NCBI GenBank assembly: GCA_024346625.1
Contig: AP024664.1
Coordinates: 806,001-870,000, forward strand
DNA from: Williopsis jadinii
Taxonomy: Eukaryota
Reading direction: 5' to 3'
Length of the DNA: 64,000 bases
Shown here: piece after piece, positions 42,801-55,200 of the stretch
How positions within the stretch are numbered: the first letter of the stretch is position 1
Layout: every line of letters begins with the position of its first letter
Notes under the pieces: generated by a model
Seen by the model: only the letters and a program-made list of their open reading frames with translations
The model's database searches: none
What the model was told of the DNA's origin: nothing
Translations under genes and position numbers: made by a program

Positions 42801-43637
42801 AACAGTAAGATTGTTTTAACAGTACCAGAAGGTGAATTTTCAATGGACAAGCAGAAAGTGAAAGAATCAAGCTCGTCACCTAACGATACCGATAACAAAA
42901 CAACATCTGATTCCGATGATTTAGGTGTTGGACTTGGTCTAGTGAGCAATGTTACAGTGAAAAAGAAATCTTCCACAGACAAAACCAATGACAAGAACAA
43001 CCAAGAAGAAGATGATGAAGAAGAAGATGAGGAACATTTGGCTACATGGGAGAAGATTGCAGCACCAGATTCACCGCCACCAGATGATTCTCTAATGAAA
43101 ATAATATATGAAACAGCTGCGCTTGCATGTGATATGAAGATGTTGTTACGCTGTTCAAATGCACTGGACATGTCCAAAGCTCTTGAGCAGAAGAAAGTCG
43201 AATGCTTAAAGGAACTTGAGGAATTTGGTAATAGGCTGTTAGCGAGCGATTTGGAGCGTGACATGACATTGACACCTGCCAATATTGAAAATGAAGGACT
43301 GAAACCTCGATCAGTGAAATCAGTGAAGTCAGAAGAGTCTACGTCTGTTGATTTAGATCATGAGTTACAATCAGCTACTATGAGAAGAGGTGAGTCCATT
43401 GAGACAACTGCAACTGCCGGCACTACTGCAACTGCAGCTTCCTCTGCATTTGATACCGAGTCTATCATATCCAGAAGAACACTTCGTTCCAAACTTCCAA
43501 GGATAGGCTCGCTTGTATCTTTAAGCTCAACTGCTGGACGGAAACCATCAACAGCCGGTACTGATGATAGAAGAGCTCCTGGAAGTTCTACGAGCAGGGA
43601 CAAGAAGAAATTTTTGGGTTTCATGCGCCGAGCGTGA
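39876..43637 (+). CDS. MDS3: Kelch-repeat/BTB protein Mds3/Pmd1 (TOR-pathway and morphogenesis regulator)
   Basis: Kelch-like 'PCPRLFHS..FLFGG', 'TDFELVTADGDRVNVPLVLLRKRWG' and 'PRALYLPF...EFLFTGQ'. Confidence 0.85.
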   Translation: MAPLLPSESKVYSLSLPDESPDPRLNLSARVGAALTYTYSAVVIHGGLAMELALPRVSIETVEQALRERCGDSPWSDFLSNEIFYLNIITRSWHRFLLRDDTVKPCPRLFHSLTFTGDSIFLFGGLCLDSHNADKLVPTNDLWELTIDTGAWVCLDDGLHSGIVSRFDHSILAVSYKSPADHKQHPAIAIIGGRGELNQELMHISIFDLESKQYVNNTEMQLSLNELKTRNDSVGSSVDPHVSAGTQRAKLKMSKDNSFVISGSSKETGEGLKDEFFVLSQDISVIEHGKNPIVSLPISPNASGMRLPLSQSFHSNKSVVPRGLCRPTGDVFGSNIIVSGTNSATQEFEVFSFNRLSHKWCRLNVDNNKRRTNMYLWRSFSWHSHHKVLILGSATRPKDSSEGYTIQKFDTMVLVNQPMINSFCGVADNEGKEQPAPNFGNLKKSTTFEAYSKYIAPTSKIRTMGSVFPTYAVTLGRSAFERFGSSLTDFELVTADGDRVNVPLVLLRKRWGRCFDMLLAKAYSRAVQTLENGKEPTDEEDDTTSVMSGSNKRSVLMLNKASYNRDRADSPQFRLPFQEKTPPTPLTPLSTSGDTQSRKQSVVSIGAESILSTSTSELPDSVNFENIPPVQPEPTEPVPPLDMRVPMKQMNSRDYLRDPIRGSISGASLASGGTNTSAVRSKELKTPVSLLKRRATSRSSSVPNTDDETFSNTGSELLSDDTLKGFLEPLLIPRALYLPFHTVTVRALTEFLFTGQLGDKWLLTPTTTDMLLIAKFYELPLLYDLISEVIYTVISKKESALMQAYADMINDFKKKLHEVCHNNDDLINTFCTTHAHIKSSFDQIEGYLATVDDGYFNLELLRKASTMTSTPSSPRSSCDASPRRLSARRTRLGKSSLSREIRHMDYDTEESDDQNSVVEPVSVNRSPIKFRTDSMSRSSLKKVEVEDSIDPLSKTVSSVIDDDSLSPKDNADVTQNSKIVLTVPEGEFSMDKQKVKESSSSPNDTDNKTTSDSDDLGVGLGLVSNVTVKKKSSTDKTNDKNNQEEDDEEEDEEHLATWEKIAAPDSPPPDDSLMKIIYETAALACDMKMLLRCSNALDMSKALEQKKVECLKELEEFGNRLLASDLERDMTLTPANIENEGLKPRSVKSVKSEESTSVDLDHELQSATMRRGESIETTATAGTTATAASSAFDTESIISRRTLRSKLPRIGSLVSLSSTAGRKPSTAGTDDRRAPGSSTSRDKKKFLGFMRRA

Positions 43638-44061
43638 TTTATTATCTAAAAGTATATATACACAGTATGTATATTCAAGCAGACGGTATATCTTTGAGAC
43701 ACTTACTGTGTACATCTAGCGAGAATCGAAATGGTAAACATTGAATTGAAACTGTTAACCAGGACTACGATAATCCCACAAAAGGCGGATGTCAAAAGAC
43801 CTCAAAAGCAAAGTTCAAACCAGAAAAACAAGATAACAAAGGACACATCTGAAGAGATTTCCCTTGTCACGATCAAGGAATGCGAGCACTGCTTTCCCCA
43901 ACATAGTGTTGTTTTTTTCGTTGTCAACTCTATATTTGTAGTACTTCTGCTGTCATAATCTGTCTCCTTATGCGAACTAGGGACTGACATGGATTGTCTC
44001 GGGTTTCATAAAACCCCAGCTCAGCCTGTCTTAGTTCCAAGACACATCATCCAGCTTTGAA

Positions 44062-44104
44062 CAACAGAAACCAACAGAAACCAACAGAGACCAAAACAGA
44101 CCAA
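44062..44104. repeat. Short imperfect 10-bp tandem repeat (CAACAGAAAC) x ~4
   Basis: Visible directly in the sequence. Confidence 0.7.
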
Positions 44105-47100
44105 ATCTTTCAGTCTATTCTTCTCAGTATGATGCTTGTTGACAAGTGTTGATGAGTGATATAGTACCCTGAAAGTTTGGGATTTGCCTGTATGATTTAC
44201 TTATGTACACAATACATATGGCCGACGGACTGAGGCAGGGAAAATGCAGTACGTAGGAGAGCCCGTTACCAGAGGGAGCAATCTCCGCCGCGGAAAGAGG
44301 TGGCCACGCTACGGAAAAACCCCAAAACATCGGTGATGTGCATGGCTAATGAGTTGAAAGGGGATCAAAGTTCAAGCAGTCTACAGACTGATCTGCGCGT
44401 GTTTTAAAAGAAAAATAACAGAGTGTTGAGCTTGTGCAACGTTTACAGCTCCCATGCGTGAGCGGGCAAGTGTTAGTTGAACCCAAGTTCCCTTATGTTG
44501 CTTTCCATGGCGGAACCTCAGCTTTACCCGGCGTTGTTTTGATCATGCTCGGGAGTTGAGGGAGTTTATCAATTCGATCCATGCAGTGCTTAAAATTTTT
44601 GTGGAATGTCATACATTCCGATTTCTCCACCAGAGTTTGTCAACTGAACAAGTGGGCCCAGTACAATTACATGCTAAAGTATAGTAACATGGATTGTCTG
44701 CCACGATAATATCCACAACGTTCTGTTCTACGGACGACTCCGCCGGCATGGAAGAAGGTTTAAACCTTCTAAGATACTCATCTGCTTGGAAGGTACTGCA
44801 GGACTACCGAGATCAAATATTTTGTTTCTTTTTTTTTTCCATCACTCCAGGAGCTAAAACCCAATTGACCACATAGTTACACTGTTTGGTAACTCAACAG
44901 GCTGGTGGAGGATAGTGCTGGATCTCGCTACCTTGAATGCGATATGTGTGCCAGATGATCTCAAGTAGTGAGGACATCAGTTCAAGGATTATGATTGCAT
45001 TGGTTTGGACTTTTTTGAACTCTGTCGGCACAATGAGACACATGCTAGAGCATTTCGAAAGGCTTAACCGCCTTTGCAGCCAACGTCTAAAAGCAACCAA
45101 CCATCTCCTGCGAGGCAGCGGTCAGTGTATGGCATGAGCACCACCATAGCGTACTCAAGATTGTTCTGTATCGATGGCAGATATTACGTACTGCTGAGCC
45201 AGTGCAAGTGTGATTCATAGAACGTGTCTCCATATTATCGCACAGTAACTTGCGTTTGTTGTTTACCTTTGGCGACCACAACGAACTCCAAAGGGCAAAA
45301 CATGAATTGTACGCGGGAGAGCCTATGTGAGCTTAAGGGGAGGGACAGTTAAAGCGCTGGACTGGACGTACGGACTCAATAAAAGCCCTGGGTAGCCCAA
45401 GAAACGTCTCATACTGATGACGTGGATTCAGGTGATAAGTAACAACATCCTCACAGTTGCCGGGTTACAATGTGCTCGACGAAAGAGCAAGAAACTCACA
45501 CAGCGAACCGAAAGGACCCTTCATAGGGGTTCATTCCCTCTGTATGAAATGTCCCACTTCTATGTACATAAACTAGAATTTAAAGTTTGAACTGTAATAG
45601 AAGCCGATATGTGAGACAAGTTATATCACATATGTACACCACAAGCTTTTGATATGGGTCATACATAGTATCTGACATGGAGTTGTGTTATTTGGCTCGA
45701 ATATTATTTGTATGGAAAGGTATAAACAAAGTGAATCAGGTTCGGCTTGCGTGGGCTCGAGATAACGTCCTGGGTTTTTGTTTAATTTCTCTCGTCTCCT
45801 TGGTTTCCGGCCAGAAACGAAAAGCTAAAAGCACACCCACACACGAACAGACAGCAAGTACATGCCACGCTGTAACGTTTTTTATACGGCTGGCCCACCC
45901 GTAATTCATTCGAAGTTGTGTAAGCGAAAAGTAAGAAAAAACTATAACAACCACGACGAACTTTACGGGGATATTTGAAATCGCACGCCGTAATCTTGGA
46001 TCCAATTCACTTGTACAAGGACTACACGTTGAACGATGGAGTTATTGCCCATGCTTAAAGGCAGTTCTCCTTTGACCTTGTGAGAGAGCAAAATTGCTCC
46101 AGTGGGAAAGCAGAGAATTTAGAAACCTTTTTAGGCGCTTATGCACCTCCCGTTTCTTTTTTGTAACTTCTTCCCGCGAAAATTCCCCATTACAGAACCT
46201 TAGAGAGGTGTTCTGCTTCCGGGAGTAGGTTCACTGCCTCTTTGCGCGCTTTAATGCGGGTATATTGCATCAGCATGCGTTCAATTTGACTACATTAGCA
46301 GCAAAGTAGGCATACTGACGCTCAGATCTGAGTGTTTTCCTGCGAGCGAATGCTCAGCGGGCAGGAAGCGTTGGAGAGAAAAGTTTTGGTGGCTCAGAAC
46401 GTTTTCATATGCCAATAGACGAAGTGTGCCTGCTGTAAACTTGTCCACGCCAGTACCAGACTTTGTCCTTTGGGTCCCCTGGACCAGTCTCCCTTTCCAA
46501 TTTGCATCACCCTCCTTCCCGAATAATTCAAGCCTCGACCGCCGTTCTGTAGGATCGATCAAGCCATTGGGTTGTGCAACTACGGAGAGCTTTGCGTACA
46601 TGACCATCACTTTTATTTTTTAACGTATGGTCTGGTGTCGGACCAAGGCCATTAGCATTAAAGTTGTACGAATGACGATTATTGGGAGCTGGAAAGTTAG
46701 AACTGCAAAAGCGGTTAAACCGTTCACGAAGAACATCGAAGGAAGCGAATGGGCCGGGGTTCCCCTCTCTTCCTTGATGTGGGTGGTTAGGGCTCTCTCC
46801 AAGACGTCTCGAATGATTTCGCGTTATATCGAACTGAAACCTCAGCTGCTGTTGATTCACACACGTTCACAAATCATGCTCAAGGGAACCGCCCAAAGAT
46901 GCAACCGTCATATATGCTACTCCCCTATGTATGTCGCCGTGGTGGAGGCACCAGTTGTACGAAAGAGCATCAACAACAGGTATGTAGTCATACATATTTG
47001 ATACGCACTCGAGCTTTGAAACACGGGTAGGTTCGATGCTTTACGATGTAGTCACCGCGCACAGCCGCTGGTGCCTATGCACCACAACGCATGAATTTGA

Positions 47101-47734
47101 GAAATTTGTCCAACCGTGGACTTACAAAACTCAAAGACCTACTTATAACCCGGTTTCCGCCCCTTGGTTAAAATGGCCAAACTGCAAAAAACGAAAAAAA
47201 AAACACAAAATTCACATTGTAGTTTGGATTCTCTTTCTGTCCTTGACCTTCCCCTTCGAGTGTGATCTTCCTATTTTCCTGGCGGGCGACAAACGGACAG
47301 GCAAGTTAAGCAAAAAAGCACAGACAAAAAAAGAAACAAAACACAAAGTGTACACACACAGACACGGACACACATCCTGACCAGATCAAAACGTATAGCA
47401 ATAAAACGAGCAGACACGCTGTCTCTTCCCCCTTTTTTTTCTTTTGAGTATTGAGCAACACCATCAGACGTTGGTCATTGATCCATTGAGTTGAATCTTC
47501 AGAGAATTTGTAAGGAAGGAGATCACAGAGCAAGGGAAAGACCCTATCAAGAACAACAGAAGAGGACGAAAACAAACACTCTCGGAATTTACCTTAAAAA
47601 AACGAGGCGAAAAACAGTTTTCCAGGCGCGCAACTCTTTGAAAAACAAACGGAAACAAGCAAAACCACGGCTTGTATCTATCAGAAAGAGACATAACTAC
47701 CTGTACCGAACGAGAGAGAAGGAGAGGAGCTATA

Positions 47735-48910
47735 ATGCAGAACGATCAGTCCTCGTATGGCTACTATGGCCATGGACGAGTCCCGTCCCAGAGCGCTGCT
47801 GGGGCTTTGAATGCCCAGCAACAGGCGACACCTCTAGCACCACAACAGCAAACACAGTCGACAGCAGCACAGCAACCAGGAGCGCAGCCTCTGGCACAGC
47901 CTCTACAGCACCAGCAAGTGCCCCAGGTGCAACAACAGCATCGTTCTTTTTACTCCTACGATCAGCATCCACAGCAGCAACAACAACAGCAACAGCTCCA
48001 ACCGAGCGCAGCTTCGGGATACTACCCACAGTACCAGTACCAACCTCTGCAGTATCAGCATTATAACCCGATGCAGCAGCAAGGACAACCGCAGCCCTAC
48101 GGACAACCCCAACATGTTGGCGGGCCGGGACAACAAGCACAGGCACAAGCGCAACACGTTCAACAACAAAGTTCACAGTTGGCACCAGCAGCGGCGACGG
48201 CACAGCAAGTGCAACAGGGGCAACCAGGACAAGCTCAGCATCCACAGCATATTCAGCCGCAAAGGCCAAAGTTGACCACGACGTTTTGGGAGGATGAGGG
48301 GACGGTGTGCTACCAAGTTGAGTCCCGCGGCATCTCTGTGAGTCGTCGTGAGGACACGAACTTCATCAACGGCACCAAGCTTCTGAACGTTGCCGGAATG
48401 ACACGAGGCCGTCGTGATGGCATTCTCAAGTCCGAAAAGGTTCGATACGTTGTGAAGATTGGTGCGATGAACCTTAAGGGCGTATGGATCCCCTTTGAGC
48501 GGGCGCTCGAGCTTGCTCGTAACGAGGGCATTGTTGATCTACTGTACCCGCTGTTTGTCAAGGATATAAAGGAGCTATACCAGGGCCCTCAATACTCTGG
48601 CGGGCTCACGGCGGCAGCGAACTCAAACCCAAAGAACATCGTTCCAGTGACGGTGACGTCGTCAGCGTACACGCCAGGTGCCCACTCGAGAAAGGCCCAT
48701 GCCCATTCGCAGTCCCAATCACAGGCTCATTCGACTCCGCAAGGCACTCCTCAACCACCACATACGTCGTCCAATGCCTCAGCGGCCCAGGATCAACAGG
48801 GCCATGAACTACCACAAGGCTCACAGGGCTTCTCGTACGGGTACCAATACCAGGATCCGTACCAAAAGAGCTATTATAGTTATAACCAACAAGCCGAGGG
48901 GAGGAAATGA
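47735..48910 (+). CDS. APSES transcription factor (Efg1/Sok2/Phd1 family) with Q-rich regions
   Basis: '[58 protein letters not shown]...[11 protein letters not shown]'. First ATG is at 47735. The paralogue cannot be resolved by eye. Confidence 0.93.
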   Translation: MQNDQSSYGYYGHGRVPSQSAAGALNAQQQATPLAPQQQTQSTAAQQPGAQPLAQPLQHQQVPQVQQQHRSFYSYDQHPQQQQQQQQLQPSAASGYYPQYQYQPLQYQHYNPMQQQGQPQPYGQPQHVGGPGQQAQAQAQHVQQQSSQLAPAAATAQQVQQGQPGQAQHPQHIQPQRPKLTTTFWEDEGTVCYQVESRGISVSRREDTNFINGTKLLNVAGMTRGRRDGILKSEKVRYVVKIGAMNLKGVWIPFERALELARNEGIVDLLYPLFVKDIKELYQGPQYSGGLTAAANSNPKNIVPVTVTSSAYTPGAHSRKAHAHSQSQSQAHSTPQGTPQPPHTSSNASAAQDQQGHELPQGSQGFSYGYQYQDPYQKSYYSYNQQAEGRK

Positions 48911-49208
48911 GGCGGAAGGAACAAGAGGTTATGTTCCAGAGACTATAAGATGGTTAATTTTGCACGCGTGTATGTTTTGTTTTATGATTTCTTTCATCAC
49001 TAGATTGTTTTCCCTATGGAGGATGTGGGTGTGTGCTTATCATCCATGTAGTAGGGGTGTTTTATTGGTTGGCAATGTTGCTAGAATCCTCAAGTAACCG
49101 GTTCTCTATAGTTGTGTTTCCGCATATATAAACTGTACTCTAGTTAAAATTTGTATTACTTATCTATTAATGTTCAGTTTAAGAGGTAGATGAGTAAATG
49201 ATTTCGAA

Positions 49209-52200
49209 TCAAAACTTTTTCAAATCAACACCACCAACAGCCCAGATTTCGTTCTCATCTTCAATACGGTCGCTGAAGACTGTTTCAGCATCACCACCGG
49301 CCTCAATTCTCTCACGTTCAACGCCAGCTAATCTGGCACCAACACGTTTGGCATAGTCACCAATGGATCTCGCTTGAATGACAGTACCAGTAACAGTGGT
49401 TAAGGAACCCCTAGTGTTGACATCGGCAAACCATTTTTGGAATTCAGACATTTCAACGTCTTCAACCAATCCAAACAGCGAAAGGAATGCCTTCTCTGCA
49501 GCAAGTTTGATAGGAATGATCACATCACGGACACAAGCGAAAACACTGGCACCCAGCACATCCCAATGTGCTTTCAGGAGCGCACCCTTTGTTCTTGCAA
49601 CGGTTCTTATCACTACAAGTGACAAACGACGTGTATCGAGAGAGCTACTCACAGGCTTCAAAGTCGTCAATGCCAATTCATTCACCAAATCCGAGACCAG
49701 TGGGAATGGCAGTTCAAATGGCACTTCAACAGTTGGCTTTTGGCCTGGAGATGAGGTTTCACCGTGTAAGAGGAAAATCTTACCAATAGCAACAACAGCA
49801 TTGTCACTGATGTATGGAACAGGGGAATTGGCAGCTGATGTCAATACCTCGGTGACAGCAGAAAGGAGACCACTCTCGAAGATGTGGTTTGGTGCATCCT
49901 TCAAGAACGCGTTCAACGTCAAGATCGAGAACTTTGAAGAATCATCACTCAGAGCGCTATCTAAAACCTTGGTCTTCAAGATTTGTACAGCCTCATCTGG
50001 AGTCAAAATACGGGCTAATGAACCGACTAATCTAGCATATGCAACGGCTAGTTTATCATCCGCTTCCAACATCTCAGATTCAACAAGATCCAATATACTC
50101 GTTTTCGAACTTTCACTCATCTTTTCACCAGCCTTAGCAATCACCTCCAGTAACGCCTTCAACATGGCAGTCTTAACACCGGATGTCTCAGCATTCTTGG
50201 AGCCAAGGACAAGTTCAGAAACCAGAGGATCAATTCTTGGTTGGTACTCAATAAGTGTTCCAAGAGCCTTAGCAGCTCTTAAACGTAGGGTCTCATTAGA
50301 GGCATCTGAGAGTGACTTGACAAATGTTCTCTGTAATTGAGGAATGAATGGACGCAAGAATTGCGGAATCTTTCCAAAGATCATATCAAGAGCGTACAAG
50401 ATAGCAGCCTTAACATCGGATGGATACTTCTCTCCAATAACTCTGATTAATGGACCAGTAATGACGGTAACCAACGATTTCAGCTGTGCTGCAGGGGTCT
50501 TGGAAATAACATCTGCAATTGCAAGAGCACCTGCTTCTCTTTCTCCACTTGTACCATACATCAAACCATGAAGGACGACTGGCAAGATGGAGTTCACACC
50601 CTTTGGAAGGGTGAAACCATAAAGATCTGTGCCTGAAACACCAGTAATTTGCAAAGCTTCCTTAGCAGGTTTGACAAGTCTCTCAAGAGTATCTTTTGGT
50701 TGTTGCTTAACAACAGCTGTCAGTGCAATAATATCAGCCTTGACAACATCAGGATCCTTGTCATCCAGCGATAAAATACACTGGGTCACAATATCCTGGG
50801 TGTATATGCTGTAATCCAATTTGGTTTCTGTAAAGAATGGTCCGAAACGTTCATAAACGACGGCACGTTTTTTAGAATCATCACCCTTGATAACTGACAT
50901 CAACTGTTGTAATAGTGGGTGTAATCCTTCCTCATCAGAAACAGACAGAACCACCTTGTCAAATGAGCTCTTCAATTCCTGTTCAGTTTCTGAGTCAAGG
51001 TCATCACGTATCAACTCAGAAATCAAGGTACCGATAACTGCACTCAAACGCTTATACAAAGCCTTACCAGCAACTTCGGCAAATGATCCGAGAGCACGAG
51101 CTCTGAAAGAGTCGATTGGCGACTCCAACAAGGTTGGGATAAGAATTGGGAAAATGACATCTGATTTTGTAGTCATGATTTCTTGAAGTGCAGCAAGAGC
51201 ATTCTCGGAATCTGGAGACTGCAACATATTGAGCAAGAATGGGATAATATTGTCCACAGCTGACTTACCAACACGATCCTGGTAGTTGTCAAATGCAGCA
51301 GCAGCAGCCTCACGAACAGATGGAGAAGAATCAACCAATGTCGATCTGATAATGTCAACGAAAATGTCTTCGTGTTCTTGTAAGGTGTCGTCAGACGATG
51401 ATTCGATAAGCTCACGAATAGCAACGCAAATACCACCTTTGGCATCCGAGTCGCTTGTTGAAAGTGAATCCTGTAATGTTGGCAACAGCTGTGACATTGC
51501 ATTACCACCAACACGACGCACCAGCTCACCAAGAGTTTGGGCAGCGATACTACGCTGTGCTTCATCTGGGTTAGCAAGACGGCGAATGATAATACTGGTG
51601 AGAGATGGCAAAATTTCCTTGATGGTACGTGGTGTGTTAGCAACAAGAGCCTTCCAGATGTCGATGGCTGCGTTACGTACAACAACAGCGGTATCAGAAC
51701 GACAGATAAACAACAAGGACAAGACTCTATCACGACGTTCAGGACCAAGCGAATCAACAAGCTGCTTACTGACAGTACCAGACTGTTCATTGTCGTCTTC
51801 AGAGAGTTCCATTTTACCACTGATACCAGTGATTTGGAACAGCAGGTCACCTGTAAGTTCAACAGAAGAGAGACGAATACGGTAGTTGACATCAAGCAAA
51901 CCGGCTTCAAGTTCTGGCAGAAGCAAATCAACAGCCTTGGAAGCGTAGTTCTTAACAATCAGTCTACCTGCCTTCAGTGCAGTACCACGGATAGACTCAT
52001 CGGTATCAGCAAGACCATTCAAAATGGCAGGGATAATTTGGCTAATATATGGAGCAAACTGTGAACCAAAACACACAGGAAGGAAAAGCAACAATGGTAA
52101 GAAACCTTCACGAACAGATGCACGGGAGGAAGTAGCACCAGAGAGAATAGTTGGCAGTAACTCATCCAGCTTACGAAGACCAATACCGCTGATAACTTCA

Positions 52201-55200
52201 GCAAGAGCCTGTGCAGAACCAAGACGGTCACCAGCTTTACTTTCATCATATAAAGTATCGAGCAAGCGTGGGATAAGTTCTGGGAATTGATCTTCACCCA
52301 GCTTCTCAACAAGAGCACCAAGTGCTCTTGCAGCTGTAGCCCTGGTATTTGGAACAGGATCAACCATCGCAGTTTCCAATTCAGCAACAAGTTGATGTAA
52401 GTATTGAATGAGATCTCTGGTATCAACTAAGATTGCCATATTACCGACAATCTGACAGGATTTCCTCTTAGTATTGGCCGATCTATCATGCATACCTCTG
52501 TGGATCACATGAATAATCAAAGCCAAAGATGGTCCATCGATGTAGTGTACAAATTGGGTCTGAATCAATGCATCCAAAGCTTCTTCGGTATGTTTTGCTG
52601 GGTCACCGATGGCCTTGATCAATATTGGAACCAATGCTTGAATTTCAGGATTACGGATAACCTCACCAAATCTCTTCAAAGCCTGGTCAGCTGCCTTTCT
52701 AACCTCCTTATGAGAGTCATTTAGTACACCAACAATTTCAGGAACAATGGTAGACAGAGAAGCAGCCAATTGAGCAGGGTCTAAGTAAGCCATCGAACCT
52801 AAGAGCTCAACAGAACCTTTCTTTGATCTCCAAGAAATATCGTCAAGGTTTTCAATTGCCAACGGGATCAGCTTTTTAACACCATAAGATGTGGTGTTTT
52901 GCATAATGACCTTAGATGCCTCTGCAGTGGCATCACGAACCTCGGGAACAGCATCACCCAATGACTTCAACACAATAGGAAGCGTTTCGATAACGTATGG
53001 CTCAAAGAACTTGGCAAGACATCTTGAAAGACACTCAAACAAAATGGATGCACTTTCACGACGCTTTTGGTCTTTCTTATCTTCGGCAGCATCGCTCAAG
53101 TTACGAATAATGTCAAATTCGGAGAGGGACGCAAGACCGTAACCTTTACAAAGACCTGCAATTCCGTAAGCGAGACCACGTTTACGGGACAAGCTCTGTG
53201 CTTTGAAAAGTTCATCGAAGAGTGTTTGAAGATAAGCTGAAACTTCATTCTTGAAGAGAGGAACCAATGGAGAAATGACCTCTGCAATAGCCTGTTGAAC
53301 TCTCTCAGATGGAGTCACAAGGGTCTTGAGCAGTCTGTCAACAATCGTACTGACACGAGAGTCAGATGCACTCAAGTGTCTACCAAGAGAACCGTAAAGC
53401 ACCACAACGTTTTCTCTGACAGCTTCCTCTGTTTTATCAGTGTCCTTTGAAGGAGCTAGTGCAGCTTCGAACACTGGCACCAAGGCTTCAATACTCTCTG
53501 CTCCATGAGAGTCAATTACAGCAATTGCTGCTTCCTTGAACTCTTCTGCCACTGCTGGTTCCTTGTCACCAAGAGCCTTTTCTTTGATCAAGAATTCAAT
53601 GAGTTTAGTAACAACTTGTTCGTTATCAAAGAGAGGAGCCAAATATTTCAGAGTGATTGCAATGGTACTACGAGGTTCCCATGGGTCTCTTTGGTCTTGA
53701 GAGCTTTTAATCACTAAGCCAAAACGATCCAAGATAGGCTCCGGTGGACGTGCCTTCTCTGAGTAAAGATTCAAAAGGTCATTCAAGATTGGCAAGAAGT
53801 CCTCACCCTTGGAACACACCGTTTGAATCGAATCAGAGAGCGTTCTAGCAACTGAAAGACGGATACCACTGTCGGCACTGTCAAGGAAAGAGCATAGCGG
53901 CTTCACTGATTCGATACTGACTTCGAATTCGTTCTCCTCCCATATGGTCAAAGCGATCTCAGCATTAGCTTCTTCATTATCATGGCATGCGATCCAAATT
54001 TGATCCGCATAATTGAGCTCTGAAAGATCAAATTCTTGATCCAAGGCTTCCAGAATAGTGTTACGGACAAAACTCTCAGGTGATAACAAACCTTTGAAAA
54101 GAAGGGCTAAATCTTCACCAGAAAAGTTGATTGAGATATGCTGACATAGAGTCATCAAACAATCTTTAGCAAGTTTCGATTTAGATGGAAGGGCCAAAAG
54201 TGAAAGAAGGACATTGACGACTTGCTCACGAGGAATTGCAGGATCTCTAAATAGCTCAGCATGTGTACTGATGATTTCTAGAACAAGCATCAACTGTTCT
54301 TCTTCTTTATCTTCCTCAACAAATTCACTCTTTAAGACAGGCTTTAGGGCATTCTTGATAGCAACAGCCTTACCATCTTCGAGCACCTTAGACAACAAAG
54401 GCAATGTGTAGGTTAAAGTGATGAAATCGAAAGGTTGTTGAACGGACAAAAATTTAATTCTGAAAAGGAGTCTTGAGATGAGGTCCAGAATATCCTCTTG
54501 CTCAAATCTTTCTTCCAGTGATCCGATGTGATTGATTCTCAAGGTTGCCACACCAACAAAATACTTCAACTGACCAAGTTTCGAGGAAATCACATTAGAA
54601 AGGGCGAGAAATGAGTTAGTCAACATTGATCCGACAAGATTCTCAGATACAGAGTAGGCTAAAACTCCAAGCAAGCCATTAACGGCAGCAGCAACCCAGT
54701 GTTTTTTACCATTGTCGATAAAATCACCAGTCTTCGAGAGTGCATCAATGATTGAACATGAGCGGTCTAATTGATTGTAGATCTTGTTCACATGGCGTCT
54801 GATTTCGGACTCTTTTTCTAATTGAGCATTGACCAAGGCTTGCTCTTCCTTAGTATACTTCTTAGTGGCAGTGGTCTTTTTTGCTATATCCTTTCTAACG
54901 CTCTCTTCCCACTTGCGAGTGGCATAATCTTTGGAGTTCTTGTCCTCGACGGTTTTCTTCCTACCTTCAAGAACATTAACAACAAGCTCTCCCTCTGAAG
55001 CTCTGAAGATTTCGACATCCTGGGAAGTCAAATCTTTCAAAAGATCAGTAGAAAGATCATTCTCAATCAGCTTCTGCACTAAGAGACCAACTGCATTTGG
55101 ATCTACAAATGCGAGCGTAGCAATAGATTCTGCAGCAGCATTGAACATTCCAGAATCGTGAGTAGCCTTTGTAGCATTCAGAAGAAGATCCGATATGTTT

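Noticed and set aside
47026..47040. GGTTCGA B-box-like sequence
   Set aside because: No cloverleaf or A-box context, so not called as a tRNA.
49378..50340. 320-aa plus-strand ORF (and other long ORFs antisense to GCN1, SLA1, GDH2 and the APSES gene)
   Set aside because: Antisense shadows of strongly supported genes, with no domain features.
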